Shown here piece by piece: positions 12,701 to 25,429 of a stretch of 64,000 bases of DNA. How positions within the stretch are numbered: the stretch's first letter is position 1; each line of letters starts with the position of its first letter. Source of the DNA: Camelus dromedarius. Taxonomy: Eukaryota. The DNA is taken from contig NC_087436.1 in assembly GCF_036321535.1 (NCBI RefSeq), positions 23,872,001 to 23,936,000 on the forward strand, read 5' to 3'. The notes below the pieces were generated by a model, which made no database searches, was not told where the DNA came from, and saw nothing but the letters and a program-made list of their open reading frames with translations. The translations under genes and the position numbers were made by a program.

Positions 12701-14439
12701 GAGATTTCACAAGGCACTAAGCAGACGATTAAGAGCAATACATGCTGCTCTGACAACCTAATTGTCACGACCGATTTCAAATGTGTCGGCAGTGATTCTG
12801 AAGCCTGCTTGGAAAGGTATCCGGTCTTAAGAGATTGGAAGGTTTACCAATGGTCTACTCTTGGCGAAGGAGTATGCCCAGCTTGGCACTGTCACCCCCA
12901 CATCTTATCTGTGCCTAATAAACAAGAAAAAGACACCAGAATGCCACCACCATCTAAATGGTGGCATCTAATTGATTTTAATCTTAGCTCAACAGTGTGA
13001 CCAAAGGGATGTTCCAATTACTATCACCATATGGGACACTAAGTGTCTGATTAGTAGGGATGCTCTTGTTCTTCATTCTTTCAAGCGACCACTCATTATT
13101 CTGTATGTCTTTGGCCCCGTCGATGAATAGTGTGCATTGAAGGTGCTTTTTAGCTTACAGCCAGAGAGGGGCGAAGGTTTTGGAACAAGCTGGGTCCTAC
13201 ATAAGTGGTTCCTACTAGAGCCAGTGGTGTAGCAGCTGCAGACTTCCACTCTTACCCCACCTCACATATTAGTTGTGAATTTGATAAATGCCATCCTGAG
13301 GAGCAGTTGATTTATTAATTAGCTGATTCAGAATGTTCTTAGGACTCATTTGGGATATGGAGTCATTATAATTTTAAAATGTCAGTGCATTGCAGTAGAA
13401 GATGAAAATGGCACCTCCCAGGGGCCCCGTGGGCAAAGCTGTTTCCTCTGGTGGGTGGGTTTTTGTCCACGATCACAATGCCACCCACTGAGGTCATCTC
13501 ATCAGGCCTTGGAGTGAGGTCTCTGGAAGTGAGGAGTGGTTCCTACCAGGAACGGTTGGGATCTGGACTAGGACAGGACCAGACCAACAGGGATAGTTCT
13601 GGCTCTTAAAGTGGGATAGTAGCCACTATTTGTGTTAGAAAACACAAATGAATGAAGGTACTTTAGTTTAGAAGTAACTTCCAGGAAAAAAAATCAAACT
13701 GTGAGTCATTGCCTATATCTATGACTAGATAGTCCATAAATTTCTTACCAACAAAAGATTTGATGAGCTGAGAAGGTAAAAATATGAGCTAGATTAAATA
13801 ATCATGAATGTCAACGGGTTTCTGTTTTTATTTGTGCATTGTCCTTAAACATGGGTAATTAAGACCTGACAGTAAGTTGGCGTTTTAGTTCATAGTGTTT
13901 GAAACACTCTACTTCTGCGTGCTGAGGACTGAGTAGTAAATCTAAAATTGCAGTAAATCAAGTTATTGTCCGGTGTGTTTTCTAAATGTGACCCACGTGA
14001 CCCAGAAAAGTGACATGTCATAGTAATATACTCACCTTTGGGCAAAAGATAGGCAAGTTCTTTCTGTTGGATGCTAAGATCTTCAGTAGATTAGGAGTTG
14101 GGTTGGGGGAAGTAGATAATGGCCAGAGCCCCATTGTCAGATGGTACACGTAGAACCTTGGGGAAGAACAGATGTCATTAGTTATAGTTTTAGTCCTACC
14201 TGTTCTTTCGGGGGAGAAGCAGTTGAAGAAAGCATCTGGTCTAATAAAAGGAGCCAGGCTTGTTTATCTTGTTTACTGTCTTGAAGCTTCACCAGTGGAG
14301 CAGGACTACAGACAGACCAAAAGCTTCCTGACGGCCCCAGTGACTTTCAAAAAGTACTCAAATAACTCCAGAAATCAGAACACCTGGCTTTTTGCACGGG
14401 TTCAGCATTCAAAATGACATTGAGCAGCTTAAAGTGGGA

Positions 14440-14772
14440 TGGAAAGGATTTGAAAGTCAGATGGATCAAGATGTGAGTCTAGCCCTAGGAGAGCGATTTT
14501 GAGCAAATTGTTTAATCTTAAGCCTCAGTTTCTTCAGGTGTGTGTGTCCCTGTGTGTGTGTGTGCCTGTGTATGTGTGTGTGTGCCTGTGTATGTGTGTG
14601 TGTGCCTGTTTGTGTGTCCCTGTGTGTGTGTGTGTGTGTATCTCTGCATCTCTGCACATGTGTGTGTGTCTAGAAGTCCCACCTCCTAGGACGGTGGAAG
14701 TGATTCAACTAGAAAATGTGTATGAAAATGACTGACACACAGTAGGTACTAGGTAAATGCAAGTTCTCTTCC
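14440..14772 (+). mobile_element. MIR interrupted by a compound microsatellite
   Basis: TTGAGCAAATTGTTTAATCTTAAGCCTCAGTTTCTTCA before the TG tract; CACCTCCTAGGA...CACACAGTAGGTACT after it. Confidence 0.7.
14538..14669. repeat. compound (TG)n microsatellite with a 20-bp higher-order unit
   Basis: TG runs punctuated by CC/CCC; GCCTGTGTATGTGTGTGTGT occurs twice in tandem. Confidence 0.95.
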
Positions 14773-16855
14773 CTTTTTGGACATGTGGTGCAGTCACTTA
14801 CCTCTTCTGTACTTTAGTTTCCTTGTATATAAAATGAGGGGTAATCATGTCAACATATATTTATCTGCTTAAAATTCTTCTACTAAAAAGCAACGACTTG
14901 AGCATCAGTAAAACAACCCTCCCTGCTTTTCAACTTCCCTTTCTTGTTTGACATCTTTCAAACCCCTCCACTTTCTTCAAAGGAGGACTTCACCCCGAGT
15001 CCAGTCAAGGTGCACGTGCAGGGCTGCGCTCTGCACTGCGTATGCATGGGTCGCCGCTGCCGTGGCTGGACGCCCATGTCCTCCCAGGGGACGCCTTGTC
15101 TGCAGGTACTGCCCCCAGCCTGCAGTGAACCCGGGACCTTTTATTGATCTTGTGTGCATCTGGCTCCACTGTGATACCAGGAAGAATGGAGGTTTCTGGC
15201 CCTGGACTTGGTCCTGGACAAATAAATGTGTTTGTCGAAGCCCTTTCCTGACACGGGTTGTCTCAAGCCCAGGTGGCGTTGTGGAGGGTAATGAGTTCTC
15301 TTTATTGGAGGGAACATCAGGAGCTCCGGCCTGCTTGCCGTGGACACGTGCAAAAAGGGTTTGTTAATATAGCTGTTACTTGCTCTTTCATCATGCTAAT
15401 GGGCAGCCTGGAAGAAATTTAGCTTCCTATCACGGGCACCAAGCAACACCCCTCACACAAAGCATTGTTTCTTCTCACTGTTGATAAGTGTGACTTGTGG
15501 AGGCCAGCGATAGCATGCTCATTTTTATCTGCTAAGTGCACAGCGCTTGTAAAAAACCAGCAGTGGCCTTGTTACCACTTGACATGACACTAGGTTTAGC
15601 TGTTTACACTGACACACTGCTGCACCCTTTTAGAGCTGCAGCTGGGGGTCAGATTCATTAGGGAGCATCAGTGCCGATGGGGAGGCAGCAGCCAGTAGAA
15701 TTCTCTCTGCTTCTCTGTCGGAAGCAGCAAGGCAGGGAGACTGCATCTTGGAATGGATGACTTCTAATTCTCTTTGTTATGATTGTTTGAGAAGCCCTGT
15801 TTGTTCTTTGAGCATCCACAGAAAAGATGCGAGAGAAAGAAAGGTCTGGGGCTAGCACTCGCCCCCAGTGATGAAGCAGAGGAACACTGGACCTGCTGTG
15901 GGTTGCTTTTCTCTTTGCTAATGTGTGGCTTTTGTTGCCCAGGAAGGCTGCAGGGAGGGAGTAAAAAGCACATGTCTTTCTTGCCACAACAAACAGGGCT
16001 GAAAAGCGGAAGTAAATTGAGTGGAACTAGATCCTTGGTCCTTTGTTCCCTCCTTTTTCCTCTCTATTTTATGAGTATCCCCTTGACAAATTTGGGGTCC
16101 AGACTGCCTTTATAATGCTTGAAGCCACTTATCTTTTGCTTCTAATGTTGCTATCCCTCTGGATGTTAAGAAATAGAGGGTGATACTGCAGAATACCTGG
16201 TTCATTTTGTCATCACCGTGCCCAGCCAGGTGGCCGATAACCTGGAATGCCTAGAGTGCTCATGGCATCAAGCGCTGAAGAGCAGGCCTCTACTTTCGCC
16301 ACATATGACCCTCGGTCCATGAGTCCGAGTGCAGGATAATGCAACTGACGGGCCACGCGGCGCCATCAGAATGTCGTGTGAGAGCATATGAGCTGCAAAG
16401 GGCAAGCAGGGCCAGCATCCTCCGCCAGTTCAGGAACCTCTGGCATCACTACACAGCGCAGACACATCTCACACCCTGTCACAGCTTCTTCGTCTGACAG
16501 GCTGCAGAAGCCCCTTTCCACCTCTACCTTTCCATAAGGATGTAAGGATAATCAGTGCAGTTCCTTGCATTAAATAATACACCCATTTTCAAAAGTAATC
16601 CCCACATCATCCTGCCCTTGCCCATCCTGACTGGATCATTGCACTTGGCAAGAACATCCCTTGCCAGGCCTTTTCTTCTAGCCGTTGCTGCTAACACTGC
16701 ACCCTGGATTCCTCTGCCTGAACGATCCTTGTTGAGTCATGCCAGGAGATTTGTGGGCGTCTTCCTACAGCACATCATATGCCATACAGTGCCACCAAAT
16801 CATGAAGCTCTGAGAAGCTTTTCAGGACCTATCACGGCTTTCTCTGTCCAAGCAT

Positions 16856-17030
16856 ATATTTTTTAAGATATTTATTTATTTGTGTTACACTGTCTTTTTT
16901 TTGGAGGGGTGGGGGTAATTAGGTTTATTTTTATTTATTTACATTTTTAACGGAGGTACTGGGGATTGAACCCAGGACCTCGTGTATGCTAAGCACACGC
17001 TCCACCCCTTAGCTCTACCCTCCCAACCCC
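16856..17030 (-). mobile_element. Vic-1-type tRNA-derived SINE (camelid)
   Basis: GGAGGTACTGGGGATTGAACCCAGGACCTCGTGTATGCTAAGCACACGCTC; T-rich tail; TSD GTCCAAGCAT at 16846-16855 and 17031-17040. Confidence 0.9.
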
Positions 17031-19131
17031 GTCCAAGCATTATGATACCCAGTTTGCGAGCCCATTGTTGTCAGCCTGGCTAGGGATTCACCAGCTGCTC
17101 TGAGGAGAGACCCTGTCCCATCAACTGTGTTAACATCTGCACCTTCTTTTCCTGTCTGCCCAGGACAGAGCCACGAAGGAGGGATCCCGGGGTCTAGGGG
17201 CCTTGGCGCCATTTAGTGGCTTAACATGGTTTATGTGTCCTTGCTCCGTCCCAGTTCCTGGGAGGCTGCCAAGGATATCCACGCACAGGAGAGGGGTGTT
17301 CACGGTGGCATAAGTATTTATACACAAGATGCTTCTCCATCTTTGTGGGGCTTTTGATACCTTCCTATTCACTTGTATTTACACAGAGTAAGTCACATGC
17401 TCTTCCGGGGGAGTTAGCGCTGGGTCAGAAAAGCAGGGGGAGTTGATTCCAGGACCTCATGTCCACCGCCTGACCCCAAGGGCGGCAGCACCCACCAGCA
17501 GCTCCTCCCTTCACCCCCTGCTCCCACCGTCTCCCCTTCGTCTCCACCATCTCCTTGTCTCTTTGCGGGTCATTTATAATCAGCAGTCATGGCGTACAGG
17601 GCTCATTAGTGATATAGCCATTCCTTCAGTGCTTCAGAAATAATCATTTAGGAAAAAATGCACGGTTTTCTTCCCTTGAGAGCCCATGAGTGATGAATTT
17701 ATTTCAGTTTGGCTGGCTTGGCTGTCTTGCTCAGCCTTATTTCCATATTTATTTCAACAAACAATGTAGGGTGGGAACGCGAAAACACATGCTGGGTGTA
17801 CACACGCGCTGCATCTCTGCTCCCAAACGCTGTTCCTCTTGAGGGGGACGTAAGAGGCTCATCAACAGAAGTACCCTCCGTTTTGAAAAAGAAGAAAGCC
17901 ATTGACCAGGATGGGGACCACGCAGCAGAAGATGAGCCAGTTCATGATTGTATTTGAAAGACTGTGGGTAACGTGCCCAAAGCAATTCATGCTTAGCCCC
18001 CATCTTGGTAAAGCAGGTGTCCCAAGAGTGCTTTAGCCCTTGACCCTTTGTTCCTGTAGGATCTGATTTGTGTGACGGTGGACAGGGATGAACTTCTGCT
18101 GCCAACTGAGCCTCCAGATGCCTCTGATGCTCTTCCCACGAGCAGTGGGGAGGGGCATGTGTGGGGATCGTAGGCTGCTCTGACGAGGAATGATGCCAGC
18201 AGGTCCTTGATGGCAAATGGTGTCCTCAAGCCAGACTTGCAGATGTGCAAGCCACCTGGCTTCCCAGAAATCTGCTCCCTGAAAAGACTTTTCCATTTTG
18301 AGAATGTGGCTAAGGCTGGTATTAGCCCACCTGAATATTTTAGAGTGAAGGTTTTCAAGTGATTTCAGCCATGGGTCTGATGGGAAGACCTTAGAAATCT
18401 GTTTAGAGCCATGTCGCCGACACTGTGTCAGGTGCCAGCCAAGCCACCACGCCATCATAAACCTCACTGTTATAAGCCAAGAAAGAGAGGTGTGCACCAC
18501 CTCTTGATTCCACAGGAATGCTTTGAAAGCAGCAATTAGTGTTTAATAATAATAATGTTGGGTTTTCTGTTCTGGGGTGAATGGGACAAGAATGTGCCAA
18601 ACCATATCTTGTCCTAAACGTAACAGCATCTTCCTACAGAAAATTTAGACAATTCATCCATTTTCCAAGAGAAAAAATGGAAAAAGCAAATGAATAGAAG
18701 AACCAACAATAAAAATTTTTGATTTGGGGACCTCAACAGCAACACTTCCATGGTTTCCCCTTCTCAGAAGTGCACTTTATTAAGCTTAGGATTCCTTTTT
18801 CTAAGAAAGACATCTTGGTTTCCCCATAGTAGTTCGGTGGACAAGTAGGGATGCTCAGGGGTGAAGAAAAAGATGGACAATATCTCAAGGATACTATCCT
18901 CCCCAAAAATTAGACTCAAAGTGATAGTAGGCAGGAGGGAAAATTGATAGCTTAGGTAAATCTCTACAAGGTAGGGAAATACTGCTGAAATGCAGTATTT
19001 TTTTTCAGAAATAAGCCCCCAAAATAAAATGAAAAATCTAGTGCCTCACTGAAAATTAATAGTAGATTCACATGCATGCTAGTATCACTATTAAGAGTAA
19101 ATCCTGGAAGTGTTGCTGTTGAGGTCCCCTT

Positions 19132-19290
19132 GGAGAGGAGGAGTGTGTAGGTCAGAGGTAGAGCATGTGCTTAGCACGCACAAGGTCCTGGGTTCAATCC
19201 CCAGTACCTCTATTAAAAACAAACAAACCTAATCACCCCCCGCAAAAAAAAAAAAAAAACCAGAAGAATAACTTTAGAACCAAAAAGAGA
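19132..19290 (+). mobile_element. Vic-1-type SINE
   Basis: GTAGGTCAGAGGTAGAGCATGTGCTTAGCACGCACAAGGTCCTGGGTTCAATCCCCAGTACCTC, then AAACCTAATCACCCCCC and poly(A). Confidence 0.9.
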
Positions 19291-20307
19291 GATCTTTTAT
19301 TAACAGAGGAAGATTTGCTAGAGTGGCACGTACAGCATGTTATCCCAGTAATGATGACCTAGGGAAGTGTATCACAAACTCAGTCTTTGCTGGTCCAGAC
19401 TGTTCCCTTTATGGGGCATATAATCTAGCAGGGACAGATCTTTCCACCACTTTATCCTCCATCTTTTTCACGTAAAGCAGACAGTGCAGCATAGTTTTTA
19501 TTTATTCAGCCAAAATAGTTTTTATTATCCTTACAATTAATAGTGTTATAAAATAATTGTGTGACACTGGAGAAAGTGTGTTCTCTTACCCTGTCCAAGA
19601 GAGTCGAACTGTGCTCTTGTGGGAAAAGAGATGGAGAAGGGGATGGTGTTGGGGTTAGTCCTGGGGTGATTTCCAGCAAATTAAAGGTGGTCTGTAAGCA
19701 TCCCATACCTTCTTGGAAAAACAGATGAATTATAATAAAAACAGTATTGTTTTGTAAGTGGGAGTGATGCTGTGCTCCACCATGAAAACAGTTAATCCCT
19801 GCTCTCCAGCATCCCTTGACCTTCGAAGAAATGCACAGGGGGCCAGGCAGCTGAGACGGGCCCCTTGCTGCGCTGTCAAAGGAGACCATCTGCACCTTGC
19901 TGAGCCCCTGGGGCTTGCTTGCTGGAACTGTGGTATTCCTGTTTTAATCGGTAATCTGGCCACCCCTAAACATGGCATTAAGACAGCAGAAGTTGATAAT
20001 TGGATCAAGTTGATCATTCTTGTTGTTCTGGATTGGAAATGGTTCTCATAACAGCCCTCTGAGAGTATTTCCTATCACCAGCCTAACTCCTGCTCATGTA
20101 ACCTTATACTGTATAGGTCTGTGATTTTTACTGTATTGATGCATTTCTCTAACTGCCCTTTGTAGATTCTTTGCTTTTACTGATGAGTTGGCAGACGGTA
20201 GGCGTGTAAAGCAGACAAATTGATTGAGTGGCTGAAATGTAGACGTTTGGTTTCTAGAACACTTCTCTGCTTCTATATGAATTTCTGTTTATTCATGTAT
20301 CACTTAC

Positions 20308-20490
20308 TGTGGTGCCTTTTATAATGTGGTTTCTGTACAGAAACTGCTATGGAAGTACGGAGACAGAATAGTGAGTCTTGACATCTTCTTGCTGGCATTT
20401 CACACCCAGAGAGGCAAGGGTCACAATGAGCCACCACCTTCACTCGCTTCGCTGAGAAGTTTCTGTACAATCTGCTCCTCTTATAGAACC
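20308..20490 (-). other. candidate TATA-like promoter and first exon
   Basis: Minus-strand TATAAG at 20485-20480 and donor ACA|GTAAGT (GT at 20307-20306). Confidence 0.4.
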
Positions 20491-20789
20491 CCAGTAGTAC
20501 CCTCTGTTGCAGCCTCCAAACCCCCTTACTCGGAGCTCCTGTGTCTTCAAGGATGAACATAAAAACATGTTCCTGAATATCAGTTCCCTGAATTATCCAG
20601 TTATTCTCATCTGTTATATAAGTGGAATTTCACTTGTAATCTTTGCATTTAGACTTGCTTCTTTTGAGCCACAATAACATCCTTCTTCATGCAAATAACA
20701 TTGGACTCTTCTGTTATTATATGAAGGAAATGAAGGACTGTTTTGAAAAAGCTATATTAAACAGGCTGAAAGGCATCAGGATGTGATTG

Positions 20790-20970
20790 AAAAAACTCCC
20801 AAATGAGAATTAAGAAGGTTGAGTTCAAGTCAAGGAGCTGACACTACCCAGTTACTCTTTTTCCCTCAGTGACTATAGATTGTTGAGTGAAAATGGGGAC
20901 TGTCCCCATTGGTAAAATGGGGAGGTCAAATTATGTCATTTCTAGCCTCTTTTCAGCCTTCCAACTACTT
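20790..20970 (+). mobile_element. MIR3/MIRc-like fragment
   Basis: GAGTTCAAGTC...CCCTCAGT...GTAAAATGGGGAGG...TTCTAGCCTCTTTTCAGC. Confidence 0.5.
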
Positions 20971-21879
20971 TTCCAGTCTGTGAACGTGTAGTATTATCTT
21001 GGGGATCTTTGTGTTACTACCCACTGCTGGATGGACTTGTATACCCAACCACAGGCTTGCCAGAGATTTCTGGTTCATGGAAACTGATAGGCTTAGAGTC
21101 TGGAAGGAAAATGGCAAGGGCTGAAATGAAGTCAGTCTTAGGACACCTCAGAGTGTCCCATAATAAATGAAAGCTGAACTCACACATCTTAACTGGTCAG
21201 GAACGTTCACTGAACACTTAGTGTTTGCAGCATATTATCAGGTACCCCGAGGCATAAGCCCAAACTCATTCACTACCAACACAGGACAGAGGTACAAAGG
21301 TGCAGGCAGCCAAGGGGATGTGTGCAGGTCACTGACACACGGGGCCATCCCGGAGCTGGGAAGAAGGGGTCACTGCTCTGCCTCAGCCTCTGCTCTTAGC
21401 GAAAACCTTTACGTTAGCCCAACTTTAGTTAAATCCAAATCACTGTGTAAGAACATGTATCAGAAGACAGGAGATCCCCTTGTCTTATTCCTCTGTCGCT
21501 ATAACTGGGATTTTTGCCAGAGCTATTTGCTTCTTCACCCAACTGGGAACATACTGGTGGAATGGGCATAAAAGCCTGGGACTCCTTGAAGATGACTTTT
21601 CCCTCGACACTGAACAGTGTTAACTTCTTGGGGTAGGCATAAAACCAGGGCCTATTTCATGTTTCACACTGTCTCTAACTATACCTAACTCCCCTCCCCT
21701 CTGTCCCTGGAAGGGGTGGCCACCCTTTCATGATCTCTGTAGTCAATCCAGAGTTGTTGAAATTCCTTGGATTCAAAAGTCAGTAAACTTCCCAGAGCAG
21801 TTCTATGCAGTGCTTCCTGTTCCAGAAAGTCTCCTTTATTTTCCACCATTCCCAGTGGTGGCCCAACTGGTATTGGGAG

Positions 21880-22038
21880 AGCTTTGCTGCTCTCCACGAA
21901 GCCAGCAGCATTAACTTCACTTTGGAATTTGTTAGAAATGCAGACACTCAGGCCTCAACTCAGGACCTACTGAATTAAAATCTGCGTTTTACCACAGACC
22001 CAGTGATTGCTGTGTACCTCCAAGCTTGAAAAGCACTG
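21880..22038. mobile_element. MER5A-like hAT-Charlie DNA transposon
   Basis: CCAGCAGCATTAACTTCACTTTGGAATTTGTTAGAAATGCAGA...GACCTACTGAATTAAAATCTGC...TTGAAAAGCACTG. Confidence 0.85.
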
Positions 22039-22650
22039 TTGTACAGATGGCACGGGGGATGCCCAGGCCTTGCAGACGGGTGTGGCAGTCTGGGTTTTCA
22101 AGAGCAGGACCAGGCTGCGTCTAGTGGTGGCAGCAAGCAGAGGCTACAGGGTAACCCTCCCCTCTGGAGAACTTCCAGCTCTTTCCAGCCAGCAATTGTG
22201 ACCCATGGAAGATAGTATTGTTCCAAGGGGAAGAAAGATCGATGTTTAACCACACTAGAAACCCCTAATGTCATCAGTTGTTTAAAATAGATGCCCATAC
22301 CACAGAAGAGTATACATCCTCTGGCAGAAAGCTTTTGTGTAGGAATGAAGATAAGTTTTCCTATTAAAACCCACAGTGGATTGAAGTCTAATTCCAAAAT
22401 GGCAGTATGCTGTATTTTCCATTTCTGTTTCCCTTATACCTGTCACCAAGTGACCGAAGTGATTTTGGATCTTTGTCAGGATAAAGTTTTAATTTCCACC
22501 AAAATTAGGGGGAGCATATTCCACCCCACCCCCACCCCCCAACCCCCAGCTTCTTTCACTGATTTTTCCTCTTAGAAAATCCCTGGTGTAGATTTCTTCC
22601 CACTCTTCAGACAGCCCACTCTCACCCGCCGGCTATCAAAGATGCCTCTT

Positions 22651-22814
22651 GGGGAAAGTTATAGCTCAGTGATGGAGTGCATGCCTAGCATGCACACGGT
22701 CCTAGGTTCAATTCCCAGTACCTTTGCTTAAGAAAAAATAAACAAATAAATAAACCTAAAAAAAATTACCCCTCCCCATTAAAAAATTAAAAGAAAAAAA
22801 GGAAATAAAACAAA
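22651..22814 (+). mobile_element. Vic-1-type SINE
   Basis: GGGGAAAGTTATAGCTCAGTGATGGAGTGCATGCCTAGCATGCAC...GGTTCAATTCCCAGTACC; A-rich tail; diverged TSD at 22638-22648 and 22815-22825. Confidence 0.9.
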
Positions 22815-22930
22815 AAAGACACCTCCCTCTCAGGCAGTGTCTCCGCGTGAGGATGGATACAGCTATTTGCTTTTCTAAACAGCTTCAAGGAGAACCCCCA
22901 CCCCCACCCCCACCCCATCAGCAGCCTCAC

Positions 22931-23660
22931 CCTGGTTCAGGCCAGCTGCCTCTCTTTATAAGCCCCTGGAGACCGAAGCAAATGGGCAAGTCGGTTTGTC
23001 CCCAAGCTGCAACCCCGGGGTAATGGTGATGGAAGATCGTCCCGACCAGCCCTGGGCACTGCCGCCTCGGAAGAGGAAGGAAAAGCAACAGCTGCGAAAA
23101 CAAATTCTCCGCTCTTAAACTTGGGGAGTTGAAACATCATCTCTTCGCGAGAACCACTATCATCTTGCGGGAAGAAGACCTTATTTCTTGGGTTTTCTCC
23201 TGCCTTTTCTCTTTCCCCTTGGCTGCTCCCCTGGCCTCCCACTCCAGCCTCCACACCCCGCTCCCCAAATCGAACATGTACAGATTTTACGGTTCACTGG
23301 AGAATAAGTGGCTGTCATTTCACAGACGGGCCAGGATGTAATTAGCCACAATGCATTGGAGTAATGGAACAGATGTCTCTTTGTAAACTGAGTTTGCTGC
23401 CGAGCACCGCGTGCGTGTGACCTACCGACTGCTCCAGGCGATTCCACGCTGCTCCCCTCCCCCTGGCCTTCTCTGTCTGCCTCCGGCCCCTCTCCCGAAC
23501 CAGAAGCTGGGCTAACTTGACTGTGGCTTGGCTGTTTTTGTTTTTCCCCCTCTGTGCTGCCCGGCACGTTTCAGCTGCTGAAAAGCTGCTGGAGACATGA
23601 CGGAATTGGGAGAGAGCTGAACCTGCCTTTATTGATGTAGTCACTCACAACAGAAAAGGT
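22931..23660 (-). promoter_or_regulatory. CpG-enriched promoter/first-exon region
   Basis: Locally raised CpG, repeat-free; minus-strand donors TCG|GTAGGT (exon end 23426) and AGG|GTGAGG (exon end 22931); AATAAA near 23630 could serve as a TATA-like box. Confidence 0.5.
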
Positions 23661-25429
23661 GATACCCCTCTTACGAGATAATTGGCAGTTTCAAGTTGCA
23701 CTTATTACTGGATGATAATACACCAGCAAAATCATAAATTACTATTATATTCTGGCCTGTTGTTGTTTTTCTTAACTAGAAATAAATGAGATGTGTTTCC
23801 TTTCTTCCAAGGTTATTATTTAAAATTTAAGAGGAAGAACCCATGCTGGTTACAGAAGGATGATCCATCCAAATTATCAGATACTTAAACTTACTGCCAA
23901 ATAACCTTTAAGATCATTCGTTTACACAGATTATGGGATCACTTGGACCCCTTCTTTTCTATGTGTTTTCACGTGAATCTGAAGGCTTTTCCTTTAAAAA
24001 AAAATTTTTTTTTATTGTTAAGTAATAACTTTTTGCACATACTGACTTTCAAGGCTGCAGGTTTCATAAAAAGGTACCAGGCAAAACTCCTGCTGTATTT
24101 ACTGTCTCTTCTCTCTCCAGGGGAGTGAGAGGTACAGCCAACTCCTCCCTCAAGCCTCCTGCACATTTGGAGGAAAACAATTCTGATTAGAATATGTGGG
24201 GAAATCAACTCCCAGGGATGATGCCGCCCTTTGTTCCTTAGGATATCATGTTCTGTTTGATTGATTTTTTTTCTCTCCTGGCCACATGCTCAGAATCTCG
24301 GCTTTGGCCACACACAGAAGGTGATCCCAGGCTCGGGTCTAAGGTTACGCACCAGTGTGTACATACATTTGGTACCTTTGTCAGGTGAGAAGTACTCTTC
24401 TGGTTGTCACCTTGGTCACTGGAATCAGGAAGGCCACAGCCTCTTGGCCAGTGATAGAAGATGCTGCTATGTAACATGTCTTTATTAATAAGCAGGGAGC
24501 GGTGTATTTATCATGCCGGAAAACTGACCACAGTGAGATGAGAGTGTCTAATCTTGAAGGCTCTTATTAGGACCTTGGGTTTGGGTTTGGGACTTGGTGT
24601 TGATAAATCTTAAAATGTTTGGCTAATTCAATTTTTCACTTTTTAAGATTTTAAGTGTTGATTATTTTTCCCCAAACAGAATCAAAGACCTTCATTTGGG
24701 CTTTTAAAAATCATTTTAAAAAATGTAAAACATCGATCTAAAAGTTAATTTTTACCCTGAAGCATTTATAATAAATAATAGGTGGAAATGGATCTCTGGT
24801 GTGTGAAATTGATACTTCTAGTGGTTTAGCAACAAGTAATTGGAAACCTCCTCACTATGACCTCATCGACTATCCCTTGCTTATGAAAATGGAAACCTCC
24901 TCTGTTCTCTGAGGGGTTTTGGTGATCATGATTGTGTCATTGGTACAAATTTGAAAAAGAAAACTTCTCAATATTTTTGATAATCTCCTTATAGCAGAGC
25001 AGCCAGAATGTGGAGCACCTGATACACTCTAAACACTCCTTCAATATCACTTTTATTATTATGGTTTCATAACTCAGGGGAATCCTTTGGATCCTCAAGG
25101 TATGTTAAAAGCTCCATTGTTAATAAAACTATTTCTGAATGATTTCTGCTTCCTAATTAATGGCAAGGTGGGATCAAGCCCCAGTTTCATAAAAGGTCGC
25201 TGATTGTGCAGAAAAGCATGGTGCTGCCTTGCCTCCTTGAGGATAGGAGAGATGAGAGGATCATGTCTTATTTTCTTTAATCTTCCTCAAAAACTAGCAC
25301 AATGTGCAAAAACAGTTGGTGATTATTTTAACAAGAACTTAAGATTTCCAGGCATGTAAATTGAACAGGATCATCGGTTATTTTGAAATTACAGGTGTAT
25401 TGCTGATAGAGCCAGGATGTATTGCCGTT

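Noticed and set aside
12941..12967. 9-bp inverted repeat ATGCCACCA...TGGTGGCAT
   Set aside because: Too short for a pre-miRNA and plausible by chance.
14030..14040. Isolated minus-strand AG|GTGAGT motifs (also near 36384 and 55527)
   Set aside because: About one per strand is expected by chance in 64 kb; no promoter or acceptor context, and one lies inside an L2 remnant.
14466..14735. His/Thr- and Cys/Val-rich ORFs
   Set aside because: Translation of a (TG)n microsatellite.
17709..17957. 82-aa ORF with a signal-peptide-like N-terminus
   Set aside because: Starts at TTG with no in-frame ATG; no supporting exon structure.
19141..19210. tRNA-Ala-like sequences here and at the other five SINE loci
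   Set aside because: They are SINE heads with A-rich tails, TSDs and broken stems or boxes, not tRNA genes.
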